This document shows, in pieces, positions 63,301 to 64,000 of a DNA stretch of 64,000 nt. The stretch's first letter is position 1. Each line of letters begins with the position of its first letter. Made by a program: the position numbers and the translations under genes. This DNA comes from Takakia lepidozioides. Taxonomy: Eukaryota > Plantae > Bryophyta. The notes beneath the pieces are model-generated. The model was not told the DNA's origin and ran no database searches. It saw only the letters and a list, made by a program, of their open reading frames with translations. The stretch spans positions 2,480,001-2,544,000 of the forward strand of contig CM060734.1 in the NCBI GenBank assembly GCA_030704615.1, written 5' to 3'.

Positions 63301-63850
63301 GGCAGAGGCTACCAACAAAATACTATGTACTATCTTGGCTAAGATAGTCAATGCAAACAGAACGGATTGGGATACAAAGCTGCTGACAGCTTTGTGGTCA
63401 TACAGGACTTCATATAAAGTCACCACTAAGTATACACCATTCCAATTAGTTTATGGTATGGAAGCTTTACTTCCAGTGGAATTCCTGTTACCTACCATGA
63501 GAACGGAATGGGGAAAGAGAATGGAATTGCAAGATTCAATTAAGGTCAGGAAACATGAATTATACCATGTGGAAGAAGTACGTGCTGATGCAGCTGATAA
63601 TATGACCAGAATTCAGATGAAGAGGAAGGAACAGTTTGATGAAGACAAGTTAAAGACTTTTAAGACGGGAGATTTGGTTCTCTGGTTGCATAAGAAGGGA
63701 AAGATTAAAGCTTCTAAGTTTAAATCACCATGGAAAGGACCTTATGTCATACAGAAGATGATGATAACAACACCACCATGTTACAAACCATTAACAAAGA
63801 GATACTAGGAAGAGTCAATGCCAATAAGTTGAAGGGGTACAGTGGTATCC
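60340..63850 (+). pseudogene. Pol: protease, RT, RNase H, integrase (frameshifted)
   Basis: DGGSG; MDGFSGYNQ, MPFGL, DDF; CDAS, NYSTTERE, DHQAL; H..GHF...C..C, WGLDF, SDQG, NGQAE. Confidence 0.92.
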
Positions 63851-64000
63851 ATGACAAACCATTGCAGCATGATTTGCATGTTGAAACGCAAAAGCAGTCA
63901 CGGACTGCGCCAGTGATACCAACAGAGTATGGAGCACTTGTCGCTAGGCCGAGCGTATATGACCAGGGCGGGCAGTACAGGCACGACACAGCCTATCACA

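Larger units (their letters stand above)
56391..64000 (+). mobile_element. Ty3/Gypsy LTR retrotransposon (no DNMT), degenerate, running off the window
   Basis: LTR end ...GACA at 57247, PBS, gag with CCHC knuckles, protease VLIDGGSG (~60411), RT, RNase H and integrase with W.GPY. Confidence 0.92.

Overview
Eukaryotic, land-plant-like (probably non-seed plant, inferred) repeat-rich region made of nested, mostly decayed transposons. No intact host gene is evident. A degenerate PPR tandem array is interrupted by a 30-kb hAT element (4857-34873; 8-bp TSD GTGAACAT) that carries a kinase, a RING-H2 gene, three long hairpins and palindrome arrays. A Ty3/Gypsy family carries a DNMT3-like C5 cytosine methyltransferase between protease and RT (two partial copies). 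A large Mutator-like element (MULE; 9-bp TSD TTCAGCAAG) inserted into the gag of that Gypsy family. The MULE carries a multi-exon gene combining a ParB-like domain with a beta-class N6A/N4C methyltransferase-like domain, a head-to-head pair of unknown paralogues, and arrays of a 22-bp palindrome with a strict 53-bp period. The MULE/Gypsy composite is split in two: one half lies inverted inside the hAT as a circularly permuted 14.8-kb block. CACTA fragments, captured host exons (RFC, OSB) and a second Gypsy element (56391-64000) complete the window. All domain calls come from motif recognition by eye, not from database searches.
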